Positions 9,574 to 18,907 of a stretch of 64,000 nucleotides of DNA are shown piece after piece; within the stretch, counting starts at the first letter, position 1, and every line of letters starts with the position of its first letter. Source of the DNA: Nitrosopumilus sp. (GTDB lineage: Archaea > Thermoproteota > Nitrososphaeria > Nitrososphaerales > Nitrosopumilaceae); NCBI GenBank assembly GCA_965238275.1, contig OZ250186.1, forward strand, positions 1,856,001 through 1,920,000. Reading direction: 5' to 3'. Made by a program: the position numbers and the translations under genes. Below the pieces are notes generated by a model. It had not been told where the DNA came from and did not search any database. It saw nothing but the letters and a program-made list of their open reading frames with translations.

Positions 9574-10890
9574 TCAGAGGATTCTGGCAGAGGCGGTACG
9601 GACGGTCCGAAGCGCCCTCTCAAGAAGGGTGTGCAGCTCGGATTCTGAGATTGCCAGGGGCGGTACCAGCAGAAGGATGTTGCCAAGGGATCTCAGGTAG
9701 ATTCCATGCCTTCTTCCCTCCTCGAACAGTATCTTGTTGAGGGATGTCTTGGAGGTTATTGGGGTCTTTTTCCTCTTGTCTGATACCAGTTCTATTCCCA
9801 TCAGCATTCCCTTGTGCCTTACGTCCCCCACCATCTCGTGCGCCAGGAGGCCCTGCCGGTACTCTTCAAATATTTTGGACGTCTTTTGGATCCGCTCAAT
9901 CAGGCGTCTTTTGCGGTACATTTTGAGATTCCTGACTGCAACGGCGGCTGCTATCGGGTTTCCCGTGTACGTGTGGCCGTGGAACATGTGCCGTGCATCC
10001 TCAAATTCTCCAAGAAAAGAGTCATAGACCCTGCTGTTTGCAAGCGTGGCTGCCATGGTAAGGTACCCCCCGGTCAGCATCTTGCCGTATGCCACAATGT
10101 CAGGGGTGCATCCCTGTTCGGCGTACTGGACCATCGAGCCAAGCCTGCCAAACCCGGTGGCAATCTCATCGAGTACCAGCAGCACGCCATGCTTCCGGCA
10201 CATCCTGCCTATCTCCCTTTGAAACCCTTCAGGGTAGATTCTTACGCCTCCTGCAACCTGGGCGCCGCTCTCCATTACAAATGCGGCAGTGTCATCCCTG
10301 GACAGTACGGACTCTATCATGTCCAGGCAACGGTGCTTATCCTCAGAAGGGGTGAGTCCCCGAGGGGTGCGGTATCCGTCAGGGACGGGCAGGCGCGTGG
10401 CTGGGAACAGCTGTCGTTTGAACCTGCCAAAGAATTCCGGAACGTATCCGACGGACATTGCGCCAAACGTGTCCCCGTGGTATCCGTTCCTGAGCGTGGC
10501 GATTCGGGTTCTCTTCTCCCCGGCGTTATTCCAGTACTGCAGTGCCATCTTTATGGCAACCTCCATTGCCGCAGAGCCGTTATCCGAGTAAAACACCCTG
10601 TGCATTCCAGGCGAGATGCCTATGAGGCCGGCTGCCAGGTCTTCTGCAGGCCCGTGGGTCAGATTGAACAGGGGGGTGTGCTGCATCCTTTTAGCCTGCG
10701 AGATTATGGTGCCGACAAGTTCTGCATCCGAGTGGCCCCATACGTTGCACCACATGGAGGCCACGGCGTCTATCATGCGTCTCCTGTGGGAGTCTACAAG
10801 CCAGACGCCCTTTGCGCTGGTAATCCTGTCAAAGGACTCCCACTCGCTCATCTGCGTGTTCGGATGCCAGACAAAGCTAGTATCGTTCAA
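9574..10890 (-). CDS. bioA: Adenosylmethionine--8-amino-7-oxononanoate transaminase
   Basis: VWHPNTQM, SMWCNVWGH, YSDNGS, GYHGDT, DEIATGFGR, GKMLTGGY, HGHTYTGNP. Confidence 0.96.
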   Translation of the reverse strand: MNDTSFVWHPNTQMSEWESFDRITSAKGVWLVDSHRRRMIDAVASMWCNVWGHSDAELVGTIISQAKRMQHTPLFNLTHGPAEDLAAGLIGISPGMHRVFYSDNGSAAMEVAIKMALQYWNNAGEKRTRIATLRNGYHGDTFGAMSVGYVPEFFGRFKRQLFPATRLPVPDGYRTPRGLTPSEDKHRCLDMIESVLSRDDTAAFVMESGAQVAGGVRIYPEGFQREIGRMCRKHGVLLVLDEIATGFGRLGSMVQYAEQGCTPDIVAYGKMLTGGYLTMAATLANSRVYDSFLGEFEDARHMFHGHTYTGNPIAAAVAVRNLKMYRKRRLIERIQKTSKIFEEYRQGLLAHEMVGDVRHKGMLMGIELVSDKRKKTPITSKTSLNKILFEEGRRHGIYLRSLGNILLLVPPLAISESELHTLLERALRTVRTASARIL

Positions 10891-11055
10891 ACAGTATTGG
10901 TGGGGGCATTCCTCCTAATAATTATAGTTGGCCGCACGCCCGGGTAACGGCAGATGCGGACATGCCAGGTTTTCAGTGCGGCCCGGGCACAGGCGGGATA
11001 ACCACTCGGATAATAATCAGTAGGATTTTAACGGATTGCGTCGACAGGAAACATC

Positions 11056-11772
11056 GTGGATTCGCTTTTTGTCACGGGAACAGACACCGGGGTGGGCAAG
11101 ACGCATGTTGCAGCAGGCCTTGCCATCACCCTCAGGATGATGGGGATAGACGTAGGCGTGATGAAGCCGTTTGCCACAGGGGATGCCCAAAAGTCAGGCT
11201 TCAAGTCGCAGGATGCAGACATTCTTCGCCGGGCTGCACAGTCTGATGATTCAGAATCCCTGATAAATCCGCAGTTCTTTCCAATCCAGGCGTCCCCGTA
11301 TACTGCCCGGATGAATCTGGGGATGAATCCGGATGTAGGGGCCGTCATAGAAAGATACAGGAGGCTGGCCAAGATTCACGACACGGTCGTTGTGGAGGGG
11401 ATTGGCGGGGTGATGACTCCCATATTGGAGGAATATTTTGTCGCAAACCTGATTGCAGAGATGGGCATACCTGCGGTTGTGGTTGCAGGCAGCAAGGTCG
11501 GAACCATAAACCACACGGTCATGACATGCATAGCATGCCAGAGGCATGGGGTCAGCATCAAGGGGATAATCATTAATGATTTTGCCGGCGGCGGGTATCC
11601 CGTATCGGATCTGTCAAGGGATCTTGAAGCCCTGACCGGAGTACGGGTTCTGGGCTCGGTTCCGTTCATAGAGGACATGACCGATGATGATGATGCCATG
11701 TATGAGGCCTTCAGGAGCAGTCTTGATGTGAGGGGCATCATTCAGGACAACAACCCATCCTCGGGTGTTTAG
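11056..11772 (+). CDS. bioD: Dethiobiotin synthase
   Basis: FVTGTDTGVGKT, MKP, VEGIGG, GTINHT. Confidence 0.96.
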   Translation: MDSLFVTGTDTGVGKTHVAAGLAITLRMMGIDVGVMKPFATGDAQKSGFKSQDADILRRAAQSDDSESLINPQFFPIQASPYTARMNLGMNPDVGAVIERYRRLAKIHDTVVVEGIGGVMTPILEEYFVANLIAEMGIPAVVVAGSKVGTINHTVMTCIACQRHGVSIKGIIINDFAGGGYPVSDLSRDLEALTGVRVLGSVPFIEDMTDDDDAMYEAFRSSLDVRGIIQDNNPSSGV

Positions 11773-12175
11773 GGACTGCATGCGGTGCGTGGCAACCTGC
11801 AATGCCGGCAGACAGATGTCTGCGTTGTTGCAGGCGCATGGGGAACGGGCCCGGCCACGACTGCCTGCGTCAGTACGACAGATCATGCGGGGCACATGTG
11901 GATTCTCAAAACCGAGACAGTGATTCCAAGACAGACTCCGGAAAATTCATTCTGCAAGAGTGTGGTGTAATACGACACGGAATGGAATTAGGCATATTCT
12001 GTCATATTGCCAGATACCGTACCGCACCAGACTGTGCAACAGCAGTCTATGCAATGCCATGCAGGGCCACGTAACAGGGGGTTTTTGCAGGATCATGTGA
12101 TGCGTACTCGTACGTAAATTCGAGAACAAAAGGCCAACAGAAGAAATAATAGTAAAAAAATGTCCATCATGCATC

Positions 12176-12406
12176 ATGCACGAGGAGAGAACCCGAAGCA
12201 ACTGGTGGTTTTTGCTGCCAATATTAGTCGGGGCGCTTGGAGGAATTATTGCATATTTTGTACTGAGGCGTGATGATCCGCAAAAGGCAAAAAAATGCCT
12301 GTATCTGGGTCTTGGCCTTACGGCGCTGCAGTTGGTGCTAAACATAGCGTTCATGTATAGTCCAGCAGGCATTGATTACTATCCGGGCGTATCCACTGGA
12401 TTCTAA
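12176..12406 (+). CDS. Small two-TM membrane protein
   Basis: WWFLLPILVGALGGIIAYF...DDPQKAKKCLYLG pattern, which I recall from Thaumarchaeota. Confidence 0.75.
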   Translation: MHEERTRSNWWFLLPILVGALGGIIAYFVLRRDDPQKAKKCLYLGLGLTALQLVLNIAFMYSPAGIDYYPGVSTGF

Positions 12407-12460
12407 ATGACAGGATGTTTCAGAATCGCAGCATCCAAAAATCATGTCGTTGCCCGCCTA

Positions 12461-12610
12461 TACTAACGCGCCAAAGTTCGTGTGCGAATAATCGAAAAGT
12501 TTGTAGATCAGAACTCATTCCAGCGACACATGGACGACATTAAACGGGAAGAACTCGAAAAGGCGTGCAAAAAGGCGAGTCGGGCGAGAAAGACTGTGAG
12601 ATCAGGATCG
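12461..12610 (+). mobile_element. IS630-family left-end remnant
   Basis: TA|TACTAACGCGCCAAAGTT resembles the terminus at 18346; encodes MDDIKREELEKACKK, similar to MDETKQEELEKAYKK, then degenerates. Confidence 0.75.
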
Positions 12611-12654
12611 CCGCTGATATGGAGGCAACGTCGACGACGATGATCGGCATGATC

Positions 12655-13169
12655 GTTTTTGTTCATCTTTTCACAGTTGCCATACTTTGGTGTTTTTCTC
12701 ATATAAGCGGCTGTGTGTTCTACTTGGAGTTTTCATCTTTTGCCTATAGAATATTGGGCGCACGTGACTCCCGAGTTCTGCAATCTCTTGGATGTGTACA
12801 GGACATACTGGAGAAGCAAGTTCATGAGGGGGGCTTTTCCCAAGATGCTGTTTCTGATTCAAACTGGCACAGGATGTCATAGCCGTCAACATCATGGATC
12901 TGCGTATCCATTGTTTTTGTTCATCTTTTCACAGTTGCCATACTTTGGTGTTTTTCTCATATAAGCGGCTGTGTGTTCTACTTGGAGTTTTCATCTTTTG
13001 CCTATAGAATATTGGGCGCACGTGACTCCCGAGTTCTGCAATCTCTTGGATGTGTACAGGACATACTGGAGAAGCAAGTTCATGAGGGGGGCTTTTCCCA
13101 AGATGCTGTTTCTGATTCAAACTGGCACAGGATGTCATAGCCGTCAACATCATGGATCTGCGTATCCAT
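12655..13169. repeat. Tandem duplication, 257 bp x2 (12655-12911 and 12913-13169)
   Basis: Copies look identical by eye; period 258; ORF track gives identical peptides. Confidence 0.95.
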
Positions 13170-13391
13170 GCAGATCCCCTCACATACGTATTCAAAGGAG
13201 CGATGGCGTTCCGTCTCAGCGAATGCACCCTTTGATTTTATTATGGTGCAGTCCCCCTGCTCTTCATCCTCTGGAATCATAAACATTATCAGGGGCGCGG
13301 TAATCATCACTACGGTAGGAAGTGCCCATATCGCCAGCACAAGTGCAGCAAGCATCAGCACGCCGCCGATAACTACCTTCTTGTATACCAT
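13080..13391 (-). CDS. Membrane-anchored Cys-containing hypothetical protein (possibly truncated)
   Basis: MVYKK plus long hydrophobic segment and 4 Cys; its 3' end lies inside the duplication. Confidence 0.55.
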   Translation of the reverse strand: MVYKKVVIGGVLMLAALVLAIWALPTVVMITAPLIMFMIPEDEEQGDCTIIKSKGAFAETERHRSFEYVCEGICMDTQIHDVDGYDILCQFESETASWEKPPS

Positions 13392-13687
13392 GATACCATT
13401 AATGGAAAAAGGGTCGGTCAGATCGTAAAGGTCAACGTTAAGATCGGTGATTTTTACGAACCTAAACCTATTGGGAAAACCGCATTGTTCACCATCGCGA
13501 TACGCATTTGTAGATATAACGCCAAAGGAATCCATCTGTTCGACATTGTGGCACCTGCTGTGGCTGTTTCGGAGAAAGGCCAAGACACTCGAGGAGAGCT
13601 CACCTGATTTGGAAACTCGAAAAAATACTTTAAAACCTTTGATTTGCACTATTGTCTTTTTGAATAAGTATTCTTTTTTTTTACATA

Positions 13688-14743
13688 TCACTGCGTAAAA
13701 ACAATATTTCTTCCAAGCTGTTCAAGTATCTTGTAGATAAGATGCTTGACAATGAGATAGTCTGATTCATTTTTTATCAATGGCGATAGTCCCGCAAGCC
13801 TGTTCTGTCCAGTCATCATTATCTTGAACATTGTCTCTATCCTGTCAAATATTGACGGTTCCAAAACGTCTTGGAACTGCTCTGCTATCTTTTTCAGCTC
13901 CCCCATTAGATTTGAATGAGTTTGCGAGAATTTAGAAATATCTTTGGATTCTTTTCTCCTGTCTTCTAGGCTTGGCTCTTTACCTAGGCTTGGCAGATTT
14001 TGCCCGTCTTTTAGCTCCTTGAGCCTGTCCATGTTCTGTTCCAATAAGACAAGAATCATCTCTATCATGTCTTTAGCAAAGCCCTTTCTGCGTATATTGA
14101 AATTAACGTCAATTGCCTGAGCAATACCATCATAGTTGTAGTCTTGATAGGAATGTCTATACTGTTTTTCAATCTTTCTTTGAAGTTCCTTTTCATTTGA
14201 TTTATCAGAGTAAAGAAAATAATCTGCAAGTGAGAGCCCAATGGCGACTGGAATGCTCAAAGATACGTCTTTGCCGCTCTTAACTTCCTGTTCGTCATCG
14301 TCAACTATGTTGAGATAAACCTCCTTGGGAAACTGCTCTGTTGCTAGAAAACTGGCTTCGGTAGAGGCAATTTGCCTGTGTGCAATGTCTTGGGGAATGG
14401 GGATTGAGATCGGCATTCGCTTCTTGTCTTCTGGTCCAGAAAGAACCTGCCATACCGGTTTCTCATTTTTGTCATACAGTGGGACTTGCATTCCTTCAAT
14501 TGAGGAGATGTGTCTTGTTTGTCGTTCTATGATGTTTTGATGTATTATGATAGAGTCAGGCAGGAATGCCTTTTCCTCCACTATGACATAGTTCCTGTCA
14601 GTTACAAAATATGCCTGGCTTTCACATGAGTAAAAAAAGCCAGAGCCCGCATTTGCAATTACGCTTGGCTTGCCGCCTTTGCCATACTGTACAGCGTTGA
14701 ATCGTGCCACCTTACCGTACATCTGAATTATTGGAAACCTCAA
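13688..14743 (-). CDS. Hypothetical protein with degenerate trypsin-like N-lobe and helical C-terminal domain
   Basis: 351-aa AT-rich ORF; GSGFFY...YFVTDRNYV resembles GTGFF...LVTNRHV; no GxSG serine motif. Confidence 0.7.
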   Translation of the reverse strand: MRFPIIQMYGKVARFNAVQYGKGGKPSVIANAGSGFFYSCESQAYFVTDRNYVIVEEKAFLPDSIIIHQNIIERQTRHISSIEGMQVPLYDKNEKPVWQVLSGPEDKKRMPISIPIPQDIAHRQIASTEASFLATEQFPKEVYLNIVDDDEQEVKSGKDVSLSIPVAIGLSLADYFLYSDKSNEKELQRKIEKQYRHSYQDYNYDGIAQAIDVNFNIRRKGFAKDMIEMILVLLEQNMDRLKELKDGQNLPSLGKEPSLEDRRKESKDISKFSQTHSNLMGELKKIAEQFQDVLEPSIFDRIETMFKIMMTGQNRLAGLSPLIKNESDYLIVKHLIYKILEQLGRNIVFTQ

Positions 14744-14790
14744 GGTGTTTTCCTGTTAGTAGTCATGTAAAACAAGATAATATTCTTTTC

Positions 14791-14985
14791 TATTGACTGT
14801 CTAACTTGCCATGTATAGCATCCGCAAACATGCCGGTTTTCACCATTTGTCAAAAGCCTGGACTTCCTTTTCAAACCAGCTATTTTGGCGGCGGGTTGAC
14901 AGGAATTCGATATTCCCATGGGCCTTCTACAATCACCAGCTTTGCAGGATGCATTGGTTCTATCGGCGTCATGAATGGAGGTTCT
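14791..14985. repeat. 195-bp direct duplicate of 15529-15708 (3' end and downstream flank of the 15618 gene)
   Basis: Same sequence except that the second copy lacks 9 and 6 nt. Confidence 0.9.
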
Positions 14986-15528
14986 CACCAAACTCAGACA
15001 CTTCTGCAGGCACCAAGGCGGCAGCCGACGGCGCGTACGACACCCAGAAGATCCGCAGGTACTGCGACGAGCAGGGAATCGAGCCGCTGATTCCCGTCCG
15101 CATCGACTTTGCCGGAAAGGCGAACGGGTGCATGCCCCGCAAGGAGGCAGGATTCAGGCAGCTGGGGGACCTGGACTGCATGGACAAGACGGCAGAACGC
15201 AAGTTTCAGGCCTCACGCGCGAACAAAAGAGGGAATTCCAGAAGGCGTGGCGCAGGGAGTCAGGGTACAACGACCGGTGGTCAGTCGAGATTGTATTTTC
15301 CACGTTGCGGGTGTTGGGCGAGTGCATAAGCGCGCGCAAGTGGGAGAACCAGGCCGAGATATACGGAAAGGTGCAGCCTACAACCAGATGATCGATACTG
15401 CAATCGACAACGGGTACGGCACGCCTGTGCAAGTGCAGGCCCGGCCAAAGGACTGCAAGGGAAGGGGGCAAGACGACGACGTAGGCAGAATGAAAAATCT
15501 GTGTCGAGCGTAATTAGGAAACAGAGTT
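14986..15528 (+). mobile_element. IS5-family 3' fragment (same element as 47115-48468)
   Basis: Matches the reverse complement of ~47115-47682 including the TAATTAGGAAACAGAGTT end, with many small deletions. Confidence 0.9.
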
Positions 15529-15617
15529 TATTGACTGTCTAACTTGCCATGTATAGCATCCGCAAACATGCCGGTTTTCACCATTTGTCAAAAGCCTGGA
15601 CTTCCTTTTCAAACCAG

Positions 15618-16937
15618 CTATTTTGGCGGCGGGTTGACAGGAATTCGTGGGCCTTCTACAATCACCAGCTTTGCAGGATGATCTATCGGCGTCATGAATG
15701 GAGGTTCTGTAGGCGGTGGCACCAGATCAAGTGCATTTCTCTTTTGCTTCAGCCAGTAAATTTCCTTTATGGTTATGACCACCTCCCTTGCATTACTGTC
15801 AAGTGCAGGTGCAAAAAACCGTTCCCATGAAAAATTCGAAATGATCTCTCTTGTGATCGGGTCAGGTCCGCTGGAACCGCCACCGCCTCCCTCGCCCCCC
15901 ATTATTGCAGGGTACTGGTTTCCCAGGTCATCTTTTATCTCAATAACAGGCATTAGATTATCACTGATTCTCGTCATATCTCGCATCTTGTTCATCTTTT
16001 GCGGGTCACCAAAGTCTGATTCGGGAACCTTTACCCGCTGGTGAGAGTACCAGATTAGCTTCATCCTGCCAGAGTATACTTCCAGCGAGGGAATAATAAA
16101 TTCAGTGTCTTCAACAGACAGCTGTTTTGAGATGGGAATTACGTTTACCAGGTTTTTTGACCTAAACCCTGGTGGCTCGAACATTTCTAAAATGTCTGCA
16201 TTTTCAAACTTAAACTTGGTGTCCTCTGTTATCCTCCAAAATTCCTTGCCTTCAGGGCTTGCAGCAAATATTGCAGACTGGAGTGCTCTTGGAAAAAATG
16301 ATTCGGGTCGCCTAGGACGATTTGGCCGCCTTGCATTTTGTTGGCTGCTTTCTTGTCTTTGTTGCATCTCCTTTTGCTTTTCTTCGAGCCATTTCTGTTG
16401 AAAAGGAATGTTTATTCTGTCGCCTTTCGAGATTATGAAATCTTGAACCTCGTCATAGTCTAGATTATCTTGGTATTGTGGCATCATCTTTTCAGCCAAA
16501 TCTATTGTGGCAAGGGTTACGGTCTGTGCATTGCATACGTTTTCTGCGCTTCCTTGGAACCCCGGAAACTTGGATATTGTGGCTGTTCTTTGCAAATCCA
16601 TCGTCTGGTCTACGTTGCATGATACCGGACCGTAAATGATTGCCCTGGGTGGAAACTGCATCTTTTTTTTGGGATTGTTCAGGTATTCCACCACCGGGTC
16701 CGGAGACAAAGCCGCAAGCTCTTCTAACTCGCCCGGATCTGCTTGAAGGCAGACTGCGGCAGTACTTTTTGTGTTGCCGCTTACTTTGACTACATCTCCC
16801 TGTTTTATGCCAAGACTCTGCATGTGGCGCGGTTCAATCTTTACTATTGTTTTACAGTTGTTGTCTTTTTCATCTATCTTTGTCCTTCTAGGATACACAA
16901 GTCTGAACTCAATTGAGTCGTTGTTTTCTTTTGCCAT
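15618..16937 (-). CDS. Cdc48/VAT N-domain-like protein fused to a DUF5643-like beta domain; no AAA ATPase
   Basis: IVKIEPRHMQSLGIKQGDVVKVSG..STAA, AQTVTLA, SKGDRINIP, RITEDTKF; C-terminal IKDDLGNQY..GGGG..PALD..EGP; no Walker A. Confidence 0.75.
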   Translation of the reverse strand: MAKENNDSIEFRLVYPRRTKIDEKDNNCKTIVKIEPRHMQSLGIKQGDVVKVSGNTKSTAAVCLQADPGELEELAALSPDPVVEYLNNPKKKMQFPPRAIIYGPVSCNVDQTMDLQRTATISKFPGFQGSAENVCNAQTVTLATIDLAEKMMPQYQDNLDYDEVQDFIISKGDRINIPFQQKWLEEKQKEMQQRQESSQQNARRPNRPRRPESFFPRALQSAIFAASPEGKEFWRITEDTKFKFENADILEMFEPPGFRSKNLVNVIPISKQLSVEDTEFIIPSLEVYSGRMKLIWYSHQRVKVPESDFGDPQKMNKMRDMTRISDNLMPVIEIKDDLGNQYPAIMGGEGGGGGSSGPDPITREIISNFSWERFFAPALDSNAREVVITIKEIYWLKQKRNALDLVPPPTEPPFMTPIDHPAKLVIVEGPRIPVNPPPK

Positions 16938-16988
16938 TTGACATCCTCTACCCATCTGGATTATCTGGGATGGACATATTTCAAGCTA

Positions 16989-17125
16989 TACTGACGATCA
17001 AAAGTTCGTGCACAGTGTCTCATATTTTCGGCCGGCAAATTTGAGAATGTCAAGATTGAACCTGATGGTTCGATAATATAACGAAACGGCACGTGCATGT
17101 CTTGAAATGTCCGGTAATAAATTTT
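16989..17125 (-). mobile_element. IS630-family right-end remnant
   Basis: TACTGACGATCAAAAGTT... aligns along ~130 bp with 63784 onward. Confidence 0.8.
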
Positions 17126-17223
17126 ATAGAAATACGGGGGGTAACGTTTGGTTGGCTATGCGACATAATTTGTGACCGGCGGGCGGCCAAAACATGCCTT
17201 GAACCATCCAAGGAGATGGCAAC

Positions 17224-17254
<31 letters not shown>

Positions 17255-18346
17255 TAGTGGCGATCAAAAGTTCTTGCAAAATAATTCAGCTTTTCTGCTA
17301 AAGTATTTGATCAAATCCAGATTAAATCTTGCAGTTCGATAATACTGGGAGATGGCCCTGTGCATGTCCAAGAAGGTTTTGTAGTATTCTGAGACAAGCA
17401 GGTTCCGTTTTCCCTGGTGCCAGCATTCTTCCACGGCGTTGAGATACGGTGAGCCTTTTGGCAGGTATATGATCCTGATGTTCCTGTTTTTGCGCAGCAG
17501 CGTCCGGACGGCTTTTGCGCGGTGTGGGGACGCCCTGTCCACCATGACGGCCACCTTCCCAAAATGCCTCTGCATGGCCTTGAGATACGCAACAAAAGTG
17601 GGCGCGTTAAACCCGCTGGCAGTCCTGAAGAACTGCCTGCCGTCCGTCGTGATTGAACCGTACACGGCAATTCTTTTGTGGCTTCCCGTGTATGGTACGG
17701 TTATTGGCACCCCCACAGGCGACCAATACTTGCGGCCCGATTTTACGTCGTGTATGAAGAACGCCTCGTCTTGCACGGCCAGGACAAAACCGTCCTTTTC
17801 TAGGCGTGAAATTCTCTTTTTGAGGCGATATTGCCAACTTTTTACGGCCGTTTTGGTGGCCCTGTTGATGTGGATCTTTTGCGACCCCTTGGGAGACAGG
17901 CCATATTTTTGCATGATTTTCCTGACATTCGTCCTGTGCATCTTTGTTCCCGTTTCCCTGTGTATGACCTGCTGCAGTTCGGCAGGAGTGGTCTTGAACC
18001 GGTCTACCTTGTCCAGTATGCCGTCCATCGCTTCCGGCGAAATCTTGGGCGGCCTGCCGGATCTGGGAAGATCCCGGAGGCCTTCGAGGCCTCCTTCCTC
18101 GTATCTGCGCATCCAGCGGTATACCCACCGGTCAGCCTGCAAGAGAATGTCTGCGGTATCGCTTATGCTCATCTTGCGCACGTGTACCATGTGCACTGCA
18201 AGCATTCTGACACGCACCCTGCCGTCTTTTTCCTTTTTGTACGCCTTTTCGAGTTCTTCCTGTTTTGTTTCGTCCATACTGCGTTCAAGGATCACAGATC
18301 TACATAGTTTTCGGGCAGAATTTGTCAAAACTTTTGCGCGTCACTA
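17255..18346 (-). mobile_element. IS630-family element, complete
   Basis: TIR TAGTGGCGATCAAAAGTT / TAGTGACGCGCAAAAGTT; TA duplication at 17253-54 and 18347-48. Confidence 0.93.
17264..18277 (-). CDS. IS630-family transposase
   Basis: HTH with DLPRSGRP; DDE residues QDEA, VDRA, YLNAVEECW. Confidence 0.95.
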   Translation of the reverse strand: MDETKQEELEKAYKKEKDGRVRVRMLAVHMVHVRKMSISDTADILLQADRWVYRWMRRYEEGGLEGLRDLPRSGRPPKISPEAMDGILDKVDRFKTTPAELQQVIHRETGTKMHRTNVRKIMQKYGLSPKGSQKIHINRATKTAVKSWQYRLKKRISRLEKDGFVLAVQDEAFFIHDVKSGRKYWSPVGVPITVPYTGSHKRIAVYGSITTDGRQFFRTASGFNAPTFVAYLKAMQRHFGKVAVMVDRASPHRAKAVRTLLRKNRNIRIIYLPKGSPYLNAVEECWHQGKRNLLVSEYYKTFLDMHRAISQYYRTARFNLDLIKYFSRKAELFCKNF

Positions 18347-18364
18347 TAGTAGTAGTAATTATGG

Positions 18365-18907
18365 CTACACCTGCAGAATCTTAAACTTGCCTGTCTTGTT
18401 GAGACTGACGAACCTGGAAATCTCAAATATGATCCCCGAGAACGTGTCGTGCCTGTCAGAGAGGATGAATTTTCGGTTCTGTATCGGAGGGGCGTCACGG
18501 GCCAGAACCACCCATATGTTCTGAGCCTCCGGCTGGACCCTGCCCAGCTGTGCTATCCTGTCTTGTATGGCACCAACATCAGATGACTTTGGGATGCATA
18601 CGAGCAGCGCCTTTTTGGGATCCGCCTCCAGCGTCCGGATGTCAGGTATCACTATGTCCAATTCCACCCCCATGTGTTCCACCTTTCTCTGGCTTGGGAT
18701 CATTGCGTTGGTAAGAAGGTAGTGGAGCAGCCCGGTTGCAAGCACCCCGACGGCCTCATCACCCATGGACATGACTGCACCACAGCCATCCATGGCATCC
18801 TTTATGATCAGGTCGAATCTCTTCTCTGAGAGGAATCCCGGGACGGCGTGTGAAGTTTGGATATGCTCAAACAGGAGATCCTTGATTGGGTTGGACTCTT
18901 CAGGCAT
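18365..18907 (-). CDS. Hypothetical protein
   Basis: 180-aa ORF coupled to the HMG-CoA synthase stop; ELDIVIP motif. Confidence 0.8.
   Translation of the reverse strand: MPEESNPIKDLLFEHIQTSHAVPGFLSEKRFDLIIKDAMDGCGAVMSMGDEAVGVLATGLLHYLLTNAMIPSQRKVEHMGVELDIVIPDIRTLEADPKKALLVCIPKSSDVGAIQDRIAQLGRVQPEAQNIWVVLARDAPPIQNRKFILSDRHDTFSGIIFEISRFVSLNKTGKFKILQV

Noticed and set aside
9814-10947. 377-aa plus-strand ORF
   Set aside because: Antisense shadow of bioA; no recognisable motifs.
13392-13691. N-terminal extension of ORF 13080..13691
   Set aside because: Reads like AT-rich intergenic DNA; the signal-anchor start MVYKK at 13391 is more plausible.
17439-18524. 361-aa ORF opposite the IS630 transposase (similarly 33830..34771)
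   Set aside because: Antisense shadow that crosses the element boundary into host DNA.
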